This document shows positions 48,841-61,125 of a DNA stretch of 64,000 bases, piece after piece. The notes under the pieces are model-generated. The model was not told where the DNA came from and ran no database searches. It worked only from the letters and a program-made list of their open reading frames with translations. The position numbers and the translations under genes were made by a program. Within the stretch, counting starts at the first letter, position 1; every line of letters begins with the position of its first letter. Source of the stretch: Anthoceros angustus (Eukaryota; Plantae; Anthocerotophyta); the NCBI GenBank assembly GCA_010909165.1, contig MU008171.1, positions 1,116,001 to 1,180,000 on the forward strand, given 5' to 3'.

Positions 48841-50070
48841 ATGGCGGCGACGACAGCGGCCTGGACCAGCTCTCCCAACAGACTGCACCAACCCTCCTCC
48901 TGCCCAGGCAGACCCAAGCCCCGGATTCTGCAGGCGCAGCAGAGCAGGCGGAGCAGGCAGCTTTCCCCGGATCACAGACTGCGGGTGCGGGCCAGCAGCT
49001 CCGAGGAGGAGATAGCAGAGGGCAGCAGCTGGCGGTGCAGGCGCAGGGAGGTGGGGCTGATCCTGGCCGCCGGCATCGCGTCGTTCGCGGCTCCTTCGCG
49101 GGCCGGAGCAGAGGAGGAGGAGCAAGAGGCGGAACCAGCCGGACCGGCCCCGAACCTCGGCCCGGACACCACCATCACGGACCGGGTGTTCCTGGACGTG
49201 AGCATCTGCCCCAGCGCGAGCCGTGCCGACCGCACCCTCGGGGACGCCTCACAGATCTGCTCCGACGGGGAACCTCTTGGCAGGATCGTGATCGGACTCT
49301 ACGGCCGGCAGGTGCCCCAGACGGTGGCCAATTTCAAGGCCATGGTGACGGGCGCCGCGGGCTCCTCCTATGAAGGCTCGATCTTCCACCGCATCCTCTA
49401 CGGCCAGTACATCCAAGCGGGCCGGCAGGGCTCCCGGGACCGCGGCGAGGTGACGAGGCCCCGGGCCCTGGATCGGAACCCCGAGACCATCAGCGCCAGC
49501 TCCTTCAAGCTCCGCCACGTCCGCCCCGGCACCGTCTCGCTCTGCCTCGCGGAGAACGACGACGAGGAAGAGCTCAAGCTCAGCTCCGACTACCGCAACG
49601 TGGAGTTCCTCATCACCACAGGTGCGATTCTCTTGCCGCCGCCTCTATCCAAACATTGTTCTTGCCGCTGCCGGTGCTGAGTGCCGCCATGCGCATGCGC
49701 CGCACGCAGGGCCCGGGCCGGCGCCGCAGTTGGACAACGGCAACATAGTGTTCGGGACGGTGCTGGAAGGTCGCCTAGCCCCTCTCCCTCTCCCTCTTCC
49801 TGCCTGGTGCTGCACTGTAACCCCGGTGAGAGCGCCGGTTGACGCTGCTTGCGCTGTGCAGGCCTGGACGTGATTGCCAGCATCGCCTTGGTTCCCACCT
49901 ACAAGCCTAGCGAGAGGATTCGGCAGTTCAATGACATCGCAGAGTTCCTGGGAGACGATCGCGCGGCCAATGCTCGCAATTTCTGGAACCGGCCGCTCAA
50001 ATCCGTGGTCATCAGCAAGTGCGGTCTTCTGGAAGTTGCTAAACCCTCACTGCCCCCCGGCCTCCCCTGA
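48841..50070 (+). CDS. CYP28: Chloroplast thylakoid-lumen cyclophilin (CYP28-like PPIase), 3 exons
   Basis: Exons 48841-49621, 49710-49769 and 49862-50070. A bipartite transit peptide with an RRRE twin-arginine motif and AxA site, then ITDRVFLDVSIC...LGRIVIGLYGRQVPQTVANFKAM...NVEFLITTGPGPAPQLDNGNIVFGTVLEGLDVI...ARNFWNRPLKSVVISKCG. Confidence 0.9.
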
Positions 50071-50342
50071 ACTTCATATTGGAAAACCGCGACTGAGAAA
50101 ATCAAACGTCTGCCTTTCCATTCTTTCAAGTCTATTATTGCGTCCCTTTGGTTGGCAGCTTCCTAAAATGTGACACATTCAAGCGCCTTTCACAACTGGC
50201 GACGAAATGAACTGCGCAGTGAACAGTGAAGAAAGGGTGGCACTATTTTAACCTTCGAAATTTTTATTGATTGGAGAAGCCCATCTATAAGAGGACAACC
50301 AAGGGGACCCTGAGGGTCGAGGTGAAAAGGAGATCCCTACTG

Positions 50343-52851
50343 AAAGTGACCCACTGCATCCATGATATCATGCACGGGAAGAAAAGACGGCCTACAAACT
50401 AGGGAAGTAGAGGAGGATGCACCACTTGCTGTCGCTCCTTTGTGGATGATCACCGTAGGGGGCCCGTTGAAGAGCAATTAATATTCACTGTCTGAAGAAT
50501 GCCATAAAGTAGGAGAGTGACAGCCCCTCTCTGTACCTGCGGGCATAATATGCCTTAGCACAGGACTTTAGAAGTCTCGCCCCATCGGACTACCGTCTCC
50601 GCAAAGGACGAGGGAAGGAAGAAAGAGAAACGGGAAGGAAGATCGAAAATGTATTCTGAGCTAATCAGACTCTCAAAGACCTTAAGCTTTCACAATGAAG
50701 ACAACAAAAGGGAAGGCGCCTTCACCATCGTAATAAATGTCGCAATCACGAAAGCGCAATCCCGATCGAGTGGTGCAATTACAGAGCACTATTTGTCATT
50801 GATGATGGCACCAAAAAATCCACGACGGGTCTCCTGGGTTTTGATGTCCGAACCCGACGTCCACAAGACCCGAACGGATCACTGCGGTTTCTAATGGGAC
50901 CAACCTGTGTAGAAACAGTTACGTTTATGGGTCCCACACTGACAAACGACGCAGTAAGCCGAGCATGAAGGCGCAGTTTAACGAGCAAAAGAGAAGTGAA
51001 AGATGAATAAAAATAGTCATTCCCTATCTTTCCACACCCAACGGTGATTGCTCAGTCCATTTTGTCTTCTTCATTATGAAAGGCTCATCAGTGATACTTA
51101 ACTTTGATGTTCTTACGCTACCGGTGCTATATCCACCCTCTACATCCCGATAGCTGAAGTTATGGAAATCAACCCTATATGTAGTGTATTGCGCACGATG
51201 CCTGATGCTCCGCCCATCATGGAGGCATTGGTCATCAACATCGCACGGTGCAGGGATGGCTCACAAAAGAAGAATATGATATCCTGTATGTGAATCTCCA
51301 TTGAGCATCCCTTACAAAAGGTTCTTACGATAACCAAGTGTGAATGTCTTGTCGAGGAAATTTCCACTATATCCTAACAACCGATGAAGAAGGCTCCTCC
51401 ATGGCAACACCTGTGAAGAGGCCAATGAAATCACTACAACAAAAATTGAAGCGTAATGTAATATTTGTGGAGCCATCATCAACATTAGAAACATGATCAC
51501 TATCTCACATGACATCCATGAGAGACTTGAAAGAACATCCAATGTTGCACTAACTGTAAAGAAGAAATTGAAGCTTAGCATCATCCATAGTGTGAGCACA
51601 AGCGCTTGCATGCATGAAGCAAAATTGTCAAAGTGACCCACTGCATCCATGATATCATGCACGGGAAGAAAAGACGGCCTACAAACTAGGGAAGAGGAGG
51701 ATGCACCACTTGCTGTCGCTCCTTTGTGGATGATCACCGTAGGGGCCCGTTGAAGAGCAATACCACTGCTCAAGAATGCCATAAAGTAGGAGAGTGAGCC
51801 TCTCTGCGGGCATAATATGCCTTAGCAGGACTTTAGAAGTCTCGCCCCATCGGACTACCGCCCGCAAAGGACGAGGAAGGAAAGAGAAACGGAAGGAAGA
51901 TCGAAAATGTATTCGAGCTAATCGACTCTCAAAGACCTTAAGCTTTCACAATGAAGACAACAAAAGGCGCGCCTTCACCATCGTAATAAATGTCGCAATC
52001 ACGAAGCGCAATCCGATCGAGTGGTGCAATTACTGCACTATTTGTCATTGATGATGGCACCAAAAATCCACGACGGGTCTCCGGTTTTGATGTCCAACCG
52101 ACAAGAACGAACGGATCATGCGTTTCTAATGGGACCAACCTGTGTAGAAACAGTTACGTTTATGGGTCCCACACTGACAAACGACGCAGTAAGCCGAGCA
52201 TGAAGGCGCAGTTTAACGAGCAAAAGAGAAGTGAAAGATGAATAAAAATAGTCATTCCCTATCTTTCCACACCCAACGGTGATTGCTCAGTCCATTTTGT
52301 CTTCTTCATTATGAAAGGCTCATCAGTGATACTTAACTTTGATGTTCTTACGCTTATATCCACCCTCTACATCCCGATAGTCAAGTTATGGAAATCAACC
52401 CTATATGTAGTGTATTGCGCACGATGCCTGATGCTCCGCCCATCATGGAGGCATTGGTCATCAACATCGACCTGCGGATGGCTCACAAAAGAAGAATATG
52501 ATATCCTGTATGTGAATCTCCATTGAGCATCCCTTACAAAAGGTTCTTACGATAACCAAGTGTGAATGTCTTGTCGAGGAAATTTCCACTATATCCTAAC
52601 AACCGATGAAGAAGGCTCCTCCATGGCAACACCTGTGAAGAGGCCAATGAAATCACTACAACAAAAATTGAAGCGTAATGTAATATTTGTGGAGCCATCA
52701 TCAACATTAGAAACATGATCACTATCTCACATGACATCCATGAGAGACTTGAAAGAACATCCAATGTTGCACTAACTGTAAAGAAGAAATTGAAGCTTAG
52801 CATCATCCATAGTGTGAGCACAAGCGCTTGCATGCATGAAGCAAAATTGTC
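50343..52851. repeat. Tandem duplication (50343-51629, 1287 bp; 51630-52851, 1222 bp)
   Basis: Both copies start AAAGTGACCCACTGCATCCATGATATC and end GCATGAAGCAAAATTGTC. The second copy is shorter through many small deletions. The junction has AAAG(C)TGACC microhomology. Confidence 0.92.
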
Positions 52852-52935
52852 AAAGCTGACCAGGAGAGCAAGAAAATGAGAGCCTTTAGGGCACAAGGAT
52901 GCCATGTATACACATGGCCTTTAATCATGAGCGTT

Positions 52936-53320
52936 TTAATCATCCTCTCTTATTATAATAAAGATCTTGATGAGTCTTAGACATCCCAAGACCTGGTTCG
53001 TGAAAGATGCCGGCCATTTTGTCCGATATGGAACCATGGCTTGGGTTAAAAAATGGTGCAGTATTTTACGAACAACACCATAGCATAACAATTTCTGCAG
53101 TTTTGCTATTTCCATAATGAGACATCTCGTGTCAAAAACACTAAGAAGGTCGGCACAATGCAGTTGGTTTTGGACTCTCTTAAAATACAAAAAATGCAAC
53201 AAAATGTGGCTCACGGTTCCGTTCGGCGCTGAGTGAAACTGCAACCGTAGTTTTTGTCAGCGGGTCCTAAGTGGGAGAGAAAATTTTTGCGCTGGTTATT
53301 AAATCATGGGTTTCTATGGG
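52936..53320 (-). pseudogene. Possible degenerate L1-type LINE ORF2 C-terminal (zf-RVT-like) remnant
   Basis: FSLPLRTR*QKLRLQFHSAPNGTVSHILLHFLYFKRVQNQL resembles the LPxxxRL...ETxxHLLxxC...W pattern but lacks the cysteines. Confidence 0.3.
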
Positions 53321-54444
53321 ATAATGTGAGGCCCCTCGATGTATCGTGCTAGCTAAATATGGAGCACTGCGGATGTACTATAAACACAGATCCATAGGTG
53401 ATGTACTGGAAAAAATCCATTTTTAGAAGGAGGTCCATCTCTCCGCAAATCGGCATAGTGATGAGGAACTGCCATTGTGAAAGGCTTTTCATATGCCTTT
53501 CACAAGATATACAACAAAGGCAAAGTGCGGTCATGGTAGCTATTAAGAAGGTTGCACAAGCCTAAAAGAACGAAACTGTGATTATTCATTGCTCCAGCGC
53601 CAAACAAAAGGGATAAGTCGCCCGGTCAAAACTACGAATGTGGCAATGTGTAAAATGTGTCCTTGCTGGGTTGAGTGAAGAGTTGGCTGCATTTTCAAGA
53701 AAATTTAAAAGAGCCAGCTAGTTGAACTATGCCTGGAAACTAGCTGGAAATGAAGCAGGGTTGAGAGGGTTGTTGTTGCAATATGCGATTGGATGCAAGA
53801 TCAAGCTAGTGGTTGACATAATGTTCAATGAGCAAGGAATTCTATAAAACCTTAAATCCGTGAAGAGATGAGGGGAAGGGGGGGTTTCCATCATGTAAGT
53901 GTTCAGTAAGTCATATAGTTCAAATAAAAATTATATTTTACTATTTTTATATTTTATTTGGTAATAGGTTTATCTAATTTCTTCCGTTTTTACTCCTTAA
54001 ATCTTTAAAAATTTTCCCTTTTTCTTTATTCATCTTGGTTAAGTATGGTAAGTTTTCAGCACATTTGCACATAAGAAAGTCTACATAACTAGTGTCGGTA
54101 GGTTTCACTATGTTTGAGCTCATTGCATGATTTTTGAACTTGTGTAAAGGACATAGCTTCATGATTTAATTCAAAGCAGGACAATCATGATGGAGGGTAT
54201 CACAAGTCATAAGTTTGAAATTCCAAAATATTTATTAAATAAATTTATAAAAAGAATGTATGAACTAAATAATTCTAGAATATCATGGAAACTTCTTCAA
54301 GTACAGCATAGTAGCTTCTTGTTATATTCATGAGCTAATCTCTTCAAAATATTAAGGAGAATACTTTATGTATGTCATAGTAGGTTTTTGCTATAGTTTA
54401 TGAGCTAGATTGCTCAAGATATTTATAGAGTACCATTGAAGAGG

Positions 54445-57400
54445 ATGGGTCCAATTTTGGAAAATACAGATTCAGCTGAAATGAAGGTTAATTCAGGTTG
54501 GTTTGTAATTGATTTAAGCTTTTCCGTGCATTTCAAAATTTTGTCGCAGAATCCTAATTAAATCATATTCACAATTAGAACCGGCTATTGAAGTGAAAGG
54601 AAGCAGTATACAAGTTTTTGTAAGAGTACGTCCATTATCTAACGATGAAGTACCAAAAGGCAGTTGCGTGCATACAACAAGCGATGAGAAGATCCTTAAA
54701 GTAAGTATCAAAATTATTTGGCATTAAACATATCATAACTGGATATGGATTAAGTTTTTAACCTCATTAACACAAAACAGGTTACAGAAGTGGGATTTGG
54801 ATATAATATTACCACAAGCTCATTTCAAGTAAGATTTAAACAAAAAATAAGCACATCGTGTTTGAATTTGTCTTGAACATTGCTTGATGTTCTTTTATGG
54901 ATTTTCTCACCAGTTTGATGGCTGTCTTGGTCCTCAAATCACACAAGATCAAGTCATGGACAAATGTAGAGTATATCGACTTCTTGATTCTGTTTTGGAA
55001 GGCTACTCATCTACCATTATGGCATGTGGCCAAACTGGTTCTGGCAAAACTTACACTATGTGTGGGAGGGAAGAAGTATGTTCATTAAAAGTGCACAAAC
55101 CCATAGAAGAAAACAAATTTCAATCATACACATACAAACTCAAATTAAGCATACATTAAATATTTATATATTGGCAGACTACTATACAAAAAGGAGATAT
55201 GATTATGGATGCACATGGCGATGCAAATGGTATTATTGCAAGATCAGTTATTTATTTATTTAAGGCTATGAAGAACCGTTCCCAAACCAACAAGACATAC
55301 TCCTTAAGAGCATCTTACTTCGAAATCTACAATGAACAAGTATTTTATTGTACTTATATAATAGCCTTTTTAATGCTTCAATATTTGCTAGATAATAAGT
55401 TAAAAATATAGTTTCTACTCAAATGCCATATTCTGATAAAGAAGAAAGACAGGTGAATGATCTATTAAGGCTAGATTGTGCACCAAGGGACGTAAAGTGG
55501 AGTACAAAAGATGGCTACTATGTAGAGGACTTGCTTCTTGTTGACTGCGAATCTCTTGATGATGTGTTTTCTGTAATGAATGAAGGTTCCAAAAATAGAA
55601 AGGTACATACATATATATCCTCTTAAACCTTGAGAAATTATCATTTAGTATTTTATATAAGAACCTAACGACTCATTGATCAACATGGCAGGTAGGGTCA
55701 CATGAAATGAATAAGGATAGTAGTAGAAGTCATTGTATTATGACATTAAATGTGGATTCCTCGGTATGGATAAATGACAAAACACCAATTAAAAAATATG
55801 GTAGAATGCTATTTGTCGACCTAGCTGGAAGTGAACGCCTTAAAAAAAGTAAAAGTGTTGGAGAGATGTTGAAAGAAACAGGAAATATTAATCGTTCACT
55901 CTTCACTCTTGGAAAGGTATGTATATGATATCAATGAGGACACATAGAAAAAAAGAATTTTGAAGTCCACTAGTCAAGGTCAAACATGTAAAATATGGGA
56001 GCTCATGATATTGGAAAATAACTTCTTTATTCAGTAAGAGGTAGAAGTAGTTCCTTACGACATATGTATCTTATGCAAAATCAAATTCTAACCAGGTGAT
56101 ATCGGCGTTAAGTGAAGGAAAAAAAGGAGATGTAGTGCCATATAGGTACTTGTTGCACTTAAAATGAATGATCTTTATAAATGTTCTCGTCTTCCGCATT
56201 GTTTTAGTGTAGATGGAGTCACCCATCTCGATTTGTTACATCAGCAAGTCACACTGCCTATTTTAAGAATATTGGACATTTTAAAAATATCAGATATTGT
56301 TACATCTAGTGATGTATTTCATGCTACTTATTGGTTGATAATATATTACAGGGAAAGCATGCTCACCAAGTTACTTATGGAAAGTTTGGGTGGTAATAGC
56401 TTGGCTCTCTTGATTGCTTGTGTTTCCCCTTGCACATTAGCTTTGGACGAAACTTTAAGCACACTACATTATGCAACATGTGCAAAGAAAATTATCAATG
56501 CCCCTACCATCAACATGGATGCTCGAGATAAGGTATCAAAATGCACTTCTACGGTTTTCCTAGTGTAGAGAATGTAACATGTAATAAGTTGTCTTTGTTC
56601 TATTACTAGATGTTGATGCTTCTCCAACAACAAATATTCCAATTGAAGGAAGAGAATTTTACACTTAGATCTAGGTTAGGACTTCCTGCTACGGGTGAAA
56701 TACCTCCAGAAACGCCTTCCTTACAACACGGAAGATTTTATTCCACTCCTCAAATTCAAATGAGTACTTCTCCACAACAAAAGCCTAAGCTTCCACCAAT
56801 TACAGGTCTAAATAATAGCTTTCCGGGCACATGGAATCATGGACAAAAAGTGTGCCCTAATTCTTGGAAGGACAGATATTTAAATAAACAAGTAATATAC
56901 TTTTTCTCAATCTTTATTATCCAAATTTGGATTCATTTTTATAGAAAACTTTATGAATTACACAGAAAAACTATGTAGTTCTAAACTTCTACTATATATA
57001 CCTACTATGCAATTTTCAATTATTTTTCTGCATTGATGTTTTCCTATGTACATTAATGCAGGGCTACAGTCGATACTCTAGAGGGATACACATCTACCTC
57101 ATCGGGGAGTGGTTACTAAAGTTTTGACCTATTGCAGGACGAGAGGGTACTCATGCTTGAAAGGGATCATCGAGATAGACGCGAGTACTTACATAAAGCT
57201 AAACCTTTGCAAGGAATTCCTTGTAGTTGGTCTAGGGATGCTCTTGAGACAAACATGGAATTCACAAAAGGGACCAAAGGGTGTGACACTGGTCGTTTCA
57301 TGAACTCATTAGATCCTAGACAAACCGAAAATATGGGAAGAGAATTTTTTAATGAAAAGACTAGACGACTGCAACAATTTAATAGAAGAAACAGAATTTC

Positions 57401-57566
57401 TGTAGATCACTTGAGTTCCAGGACAAATCCAAAAGCTGTACAAAGTGTCTTTTGCTCCAATAACCATGGTGAATGGGAACAAGGCAGCATTACTGTTAAT
57501 CAAAATGCGTTTATTCGACTCTTGGAGTCTACAAGCCCTGCTGATGAGAATATGATAAATTATTAA
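54445..57566 (+). CDS. Kinesin motor protein, KIF12/kinesin-16-like, multi-exon
   Basis: Exon 1 (54445-54496) splices in phase to [20 protein letters not shown]. Motifs: P-loop [24 protein letters not shown], switch [12 protein letters not shown], switch [55 protein letters not shown]...[10 protein letters not shown] short coiled coil and a C-terminal tail end at 57566. The subfamily call is from motif resemblance only. Confidence 0.85.
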
Positions 57567-60500
57567 ATGATGGGAACAAATTGGAAGATGCAATTACCTT
57601 TTCTATCCCCAAGCGTTGCAAGACTCTTTGATAAACTATGCAACTATGTATGCTAAAGCATAATTTTTGGTTTATTAAAGAAATTGTATATACGCAGGAG
57701 AGAAAAATGCTTATGTTTCATATCTTATGTACAAATACAATTCACTACAAGGAGTTAATATTGCCATGTACAAGGTTACTTTAATGACATTATTTATTCA
57801 TGGACAATTCGAGTATTACTCTCTTTGAGTATATGATTCATGAGAAATAACTTAAGATATTGAATACAATAATTTAAGATTCAAGATTATTGGGGCAGAT
57901 TATCTACATTTACTCCAATATAAACAGACTTCTTTCGCTAAATACACAATGTAATACTCTTCAAGTACGTCCTAGATCAAATGCATGGATGTGTACGCCA
58001 GTACTTCTCATGAGTGTGCAAAACTTCTAGTAAGAATTGTTCTCTAGCTCTGTTAATTCATATCCATAACTTCTCTAAAACTCCTAACATAACTTATATT
58101 TTACGCAGGTGGAGAAATCAGAAAGAAATTAAAAAAAATCCCCAAATATGTATTCAAATGTTGAAATAAAGGTATGACAAACCTGCACCAAAATATATGA
58201 TAACCAGAATGTTGTGTTTTTTTGGATTGTAATAATGTCAATAAGTTTCCTTGTTCAGTTTTTGTAATGTTTTTGGTAGGTTGGAAAAAGAGGTGAATAT
58301 AGGTGCATGAGTTTCCATTGGGTTCTTTGAGAAGTAATTCCTTCTTGGACACCTCTCTTCCATGGCAAGCTTTGTATTCGTATTCATATGTCTTTCAAAC
58401 TTAGCGGATGCTCACTGGTCAAATAAGGGTCCGTTTCACGGACATATTTTAGTTGGGTCTTAGGTTGAGTCTAGTTGCTTTAGAAATAAAACATTTGGAT
58501 GTTTGATTCCCTATTTTCTTGGGGTTAGCCAGATATGTGTCATGATGACACACAATGGTGCCAACCTGCATTGTTACATAACACACAAGCACCAACACGC
58601 AACAGGCACCTTATAATAAAAAGTGTGCAAAACAGACTTTCTTAATACTGCTGATTGGAAACACGCCTCAACACCATAGAACCAGAATGCAACATGTTCC
58701 CGCGTCACATGAGGAAAACCAGCTTTGCACATATCATGTGACTCCAGTGTTAGGGGCAAACCTGATTTTCCCCAGAAGCAAATTCTTATATATAAGATCT
58801 ACCATGCGAGCATTGAATGAATGGCAAACATAAAACAATAGTAAGTATGCTTAGGTTTTGTAGGTCACAAGGGAGCTGTGAAAACAACTTGATATTGTTT
58901 CCCTTAGCCACGTTCTTCAAGTCACAGCCCTAGGCTTGTGCCTCATGGAGTCCAGCAAGTCCCTCCACCATCTCACACCATGCCCGAGATCATGTGCAAC
59001 TTCACACTTATACAGTCAGCATCGAACTATGCAAATGCACCACCACGGATGCTTCAATCTCAGAAAATTACACACAGCACATGGGGTGTTGTTAGCACGA
59101 GCATGACCGCTCTCTAAGCAGTGTAAAAGATTTCCTAAAGACTGCCCAGCAACGTGAACAAGGTGGCTTACATCCTTAGCAACATTCATTGTGTCCAGCT
59201 TCCACCTCTTGCCGCCGTCCATAGTGAATTGGGTTTGAAAGATCTGCAAGCCTCATGAAAGCCACCCACCGCTAGCGCCATTACATCGTCATTTGGAGTC
59301 CACGCTATTGCAAGTAGGCTGAGAGTGGCCTCTACGGTTACATACAAGCCCTAAACAAGTCGTATAACTAAGCAGCAGTTGTATAAACTAAGCCTAGTTC
59401 AACAGTAATTCTAGCTTTTGTTCGAATTCACACAAAAGCAATGCTCAACACTAGACATGAATGACAACATACTTACTTACATCCTGACATGTGCCACCTT
59501 TGCACCAAGGAGTGGAATCAGAAAAAAAATATTATTTCTTGTGGATTTGTAACAAAGCTATGATTATAATGAATGTACAATTATTATTTGCTGACATTTC
59601 ATTAAAAATATACAATTATGTACGGAACCAATGAAGATGATGGTTGTGACCCAATTTAATCTTTTTTACTTTAGTTTATGGTATTAATGAACATAATCTC
59701 TTTCACACCCCATGCATATGTTTAGGGTTAATCGTTGACTTTAGTATCAGACATAATACATTAAGTGGATTTTATTAGGTACTATGTACTTAGAATTCAA
59801 GTTAGTTTAAAAATAAGACGTGGGATTCTTAATATGTGAAAAAGGACAACATTGAACAAACAAAGTATTTTGATATGGTGCAACACAACATTATTTTCAT
59901 GTAATCCCGACTGATTAGTTCACGTTTAGCCCTAAACGTTATACCGGATTACCCTATTAAAATATTTCTAGGTTTAATTATTACTGTAAATTAAACTTGA
60001 ATGTTACTCTATAATGAAACCTAATTTTAAATCATCCTAATAAAAGGGGATGAACTCATGGTCTCTACCAGTAATTTTGCACAATCATCACGTAACCAAC
60101 TTTCTAATATTGCGCAGGCGCATCAAATGTTGGCAACTTTATTTTCAATTGCTCTCACTGTTGATTGACGACATGATATGAAATTAGGTTTTATTTATCA
60201 AAGAATATAGAAGTATTTTATTGAGCGAAAAAAACGATGGGGAAAAACCCATCCAGCATGGGACAATGAAGGTGAACCTCGAGGGTCAAGGTCAAAAATA
60301 GCGACTAAGCCCTTACCTAAAGTTACCTACTACTCCTAGAACATCATATGCAGGAAGAACAAATGGCCTGCAAATGACGGAGGAAGAGAAAGAAGCGTCA
60401 CTTGCCATCGCCGCCTTGTGAAGGATTGCCGTCGAGATGGCCCTTTGAAGGGCAATGGAGACTCACTATCTGAAGTAAGCTGTGAAATAAGAAAGGGAAA

Positions 60501-60584
60501 CCCGCGCCATGCCTGCAGGCGTGGTAGGACTTGGCACATGTCATGCCGTGTGATACTAATCTCTGCAACTGGGTTTAGTATTTG

Positions 60585-60852
60585 ATTAACATTAATTAAT
60601 CTAATTACTTATCTTTAAGTAAGTAATTAGTGTTAATTAATCTAAAGTGCTTATGTTAATTAATCATTGATTAGTGTTAATTAATCTAGGATGCTTATGC
60701 TAATTAAACATTGATTAGTCTTAATTAAACATGGTTAGCAATAGCTAAGTGGATAAGCTCAAGTAATATGCTTTGGCATATTCCTTGCATATTATAGTGT
60801 ATTCTTGGGATACAAAAGCTAAGTGGATAAGCTCAAGTAATATGCTTTGGGG
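60585..60852. repeat. AT-rich degenerate ~44-bp tandem units plus a 33-bp direct repeat
   Basis: TTAGTGTTAATTAATCTA...TGCTTATG.TAATTAA.CATTGA x2, and GCTAAGTGGATAAGCTCAAGTAATATGCTTTGG at ~60744 and ~60818. Confidence 0.75.
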
Positions 60853-60899
60853 ATGGTGTTTGAGCATCTTCGGGACCTTTTTCTCCCTGAAGACCCATT

Positions 60900-61125
60900 C
60901 AACGCCTTTCCGCTGCTCTTTTTCCTTCGCTGCTGCCGTGGCACGGGGGGAAACGCCTCATCGGATCTCTCAAGTCCTTTCAGCTAGCAGGCTCATCGCT
61001 ATGGACAAGCCTGCCCCGGGCTCTGACGTGCGTCCACTCACGGTTGGGGAAGCCTTCATGCGGCTCCTTAGCCCTGCTATTGCCCTTCAGTACCGCTCCC
61101 TCCTCCAACAGTACCTTAGCCATAG
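60900..61125 (+). mobile_element. Reverse-transcriptase N-terminal fragment of a CRE-like non-LTR retrotransposon
   Basis: FAAAVARGETPHRISQVLSASRLIAMDKPAPGSDVRPLTVGEAFMRLLS matches the CRE-clade RT pattern RLIAxxK...VRPIAVGE...RL. It is truncated on both sides. Confidence 0.7.

Noticed and set aside
58400-60560. Possible genes in short ORFs between the kinesin and PAT genes
   Set aside because: There are no recognisable motifs or consistent exon chain; this is probably decayed repeat sequence.
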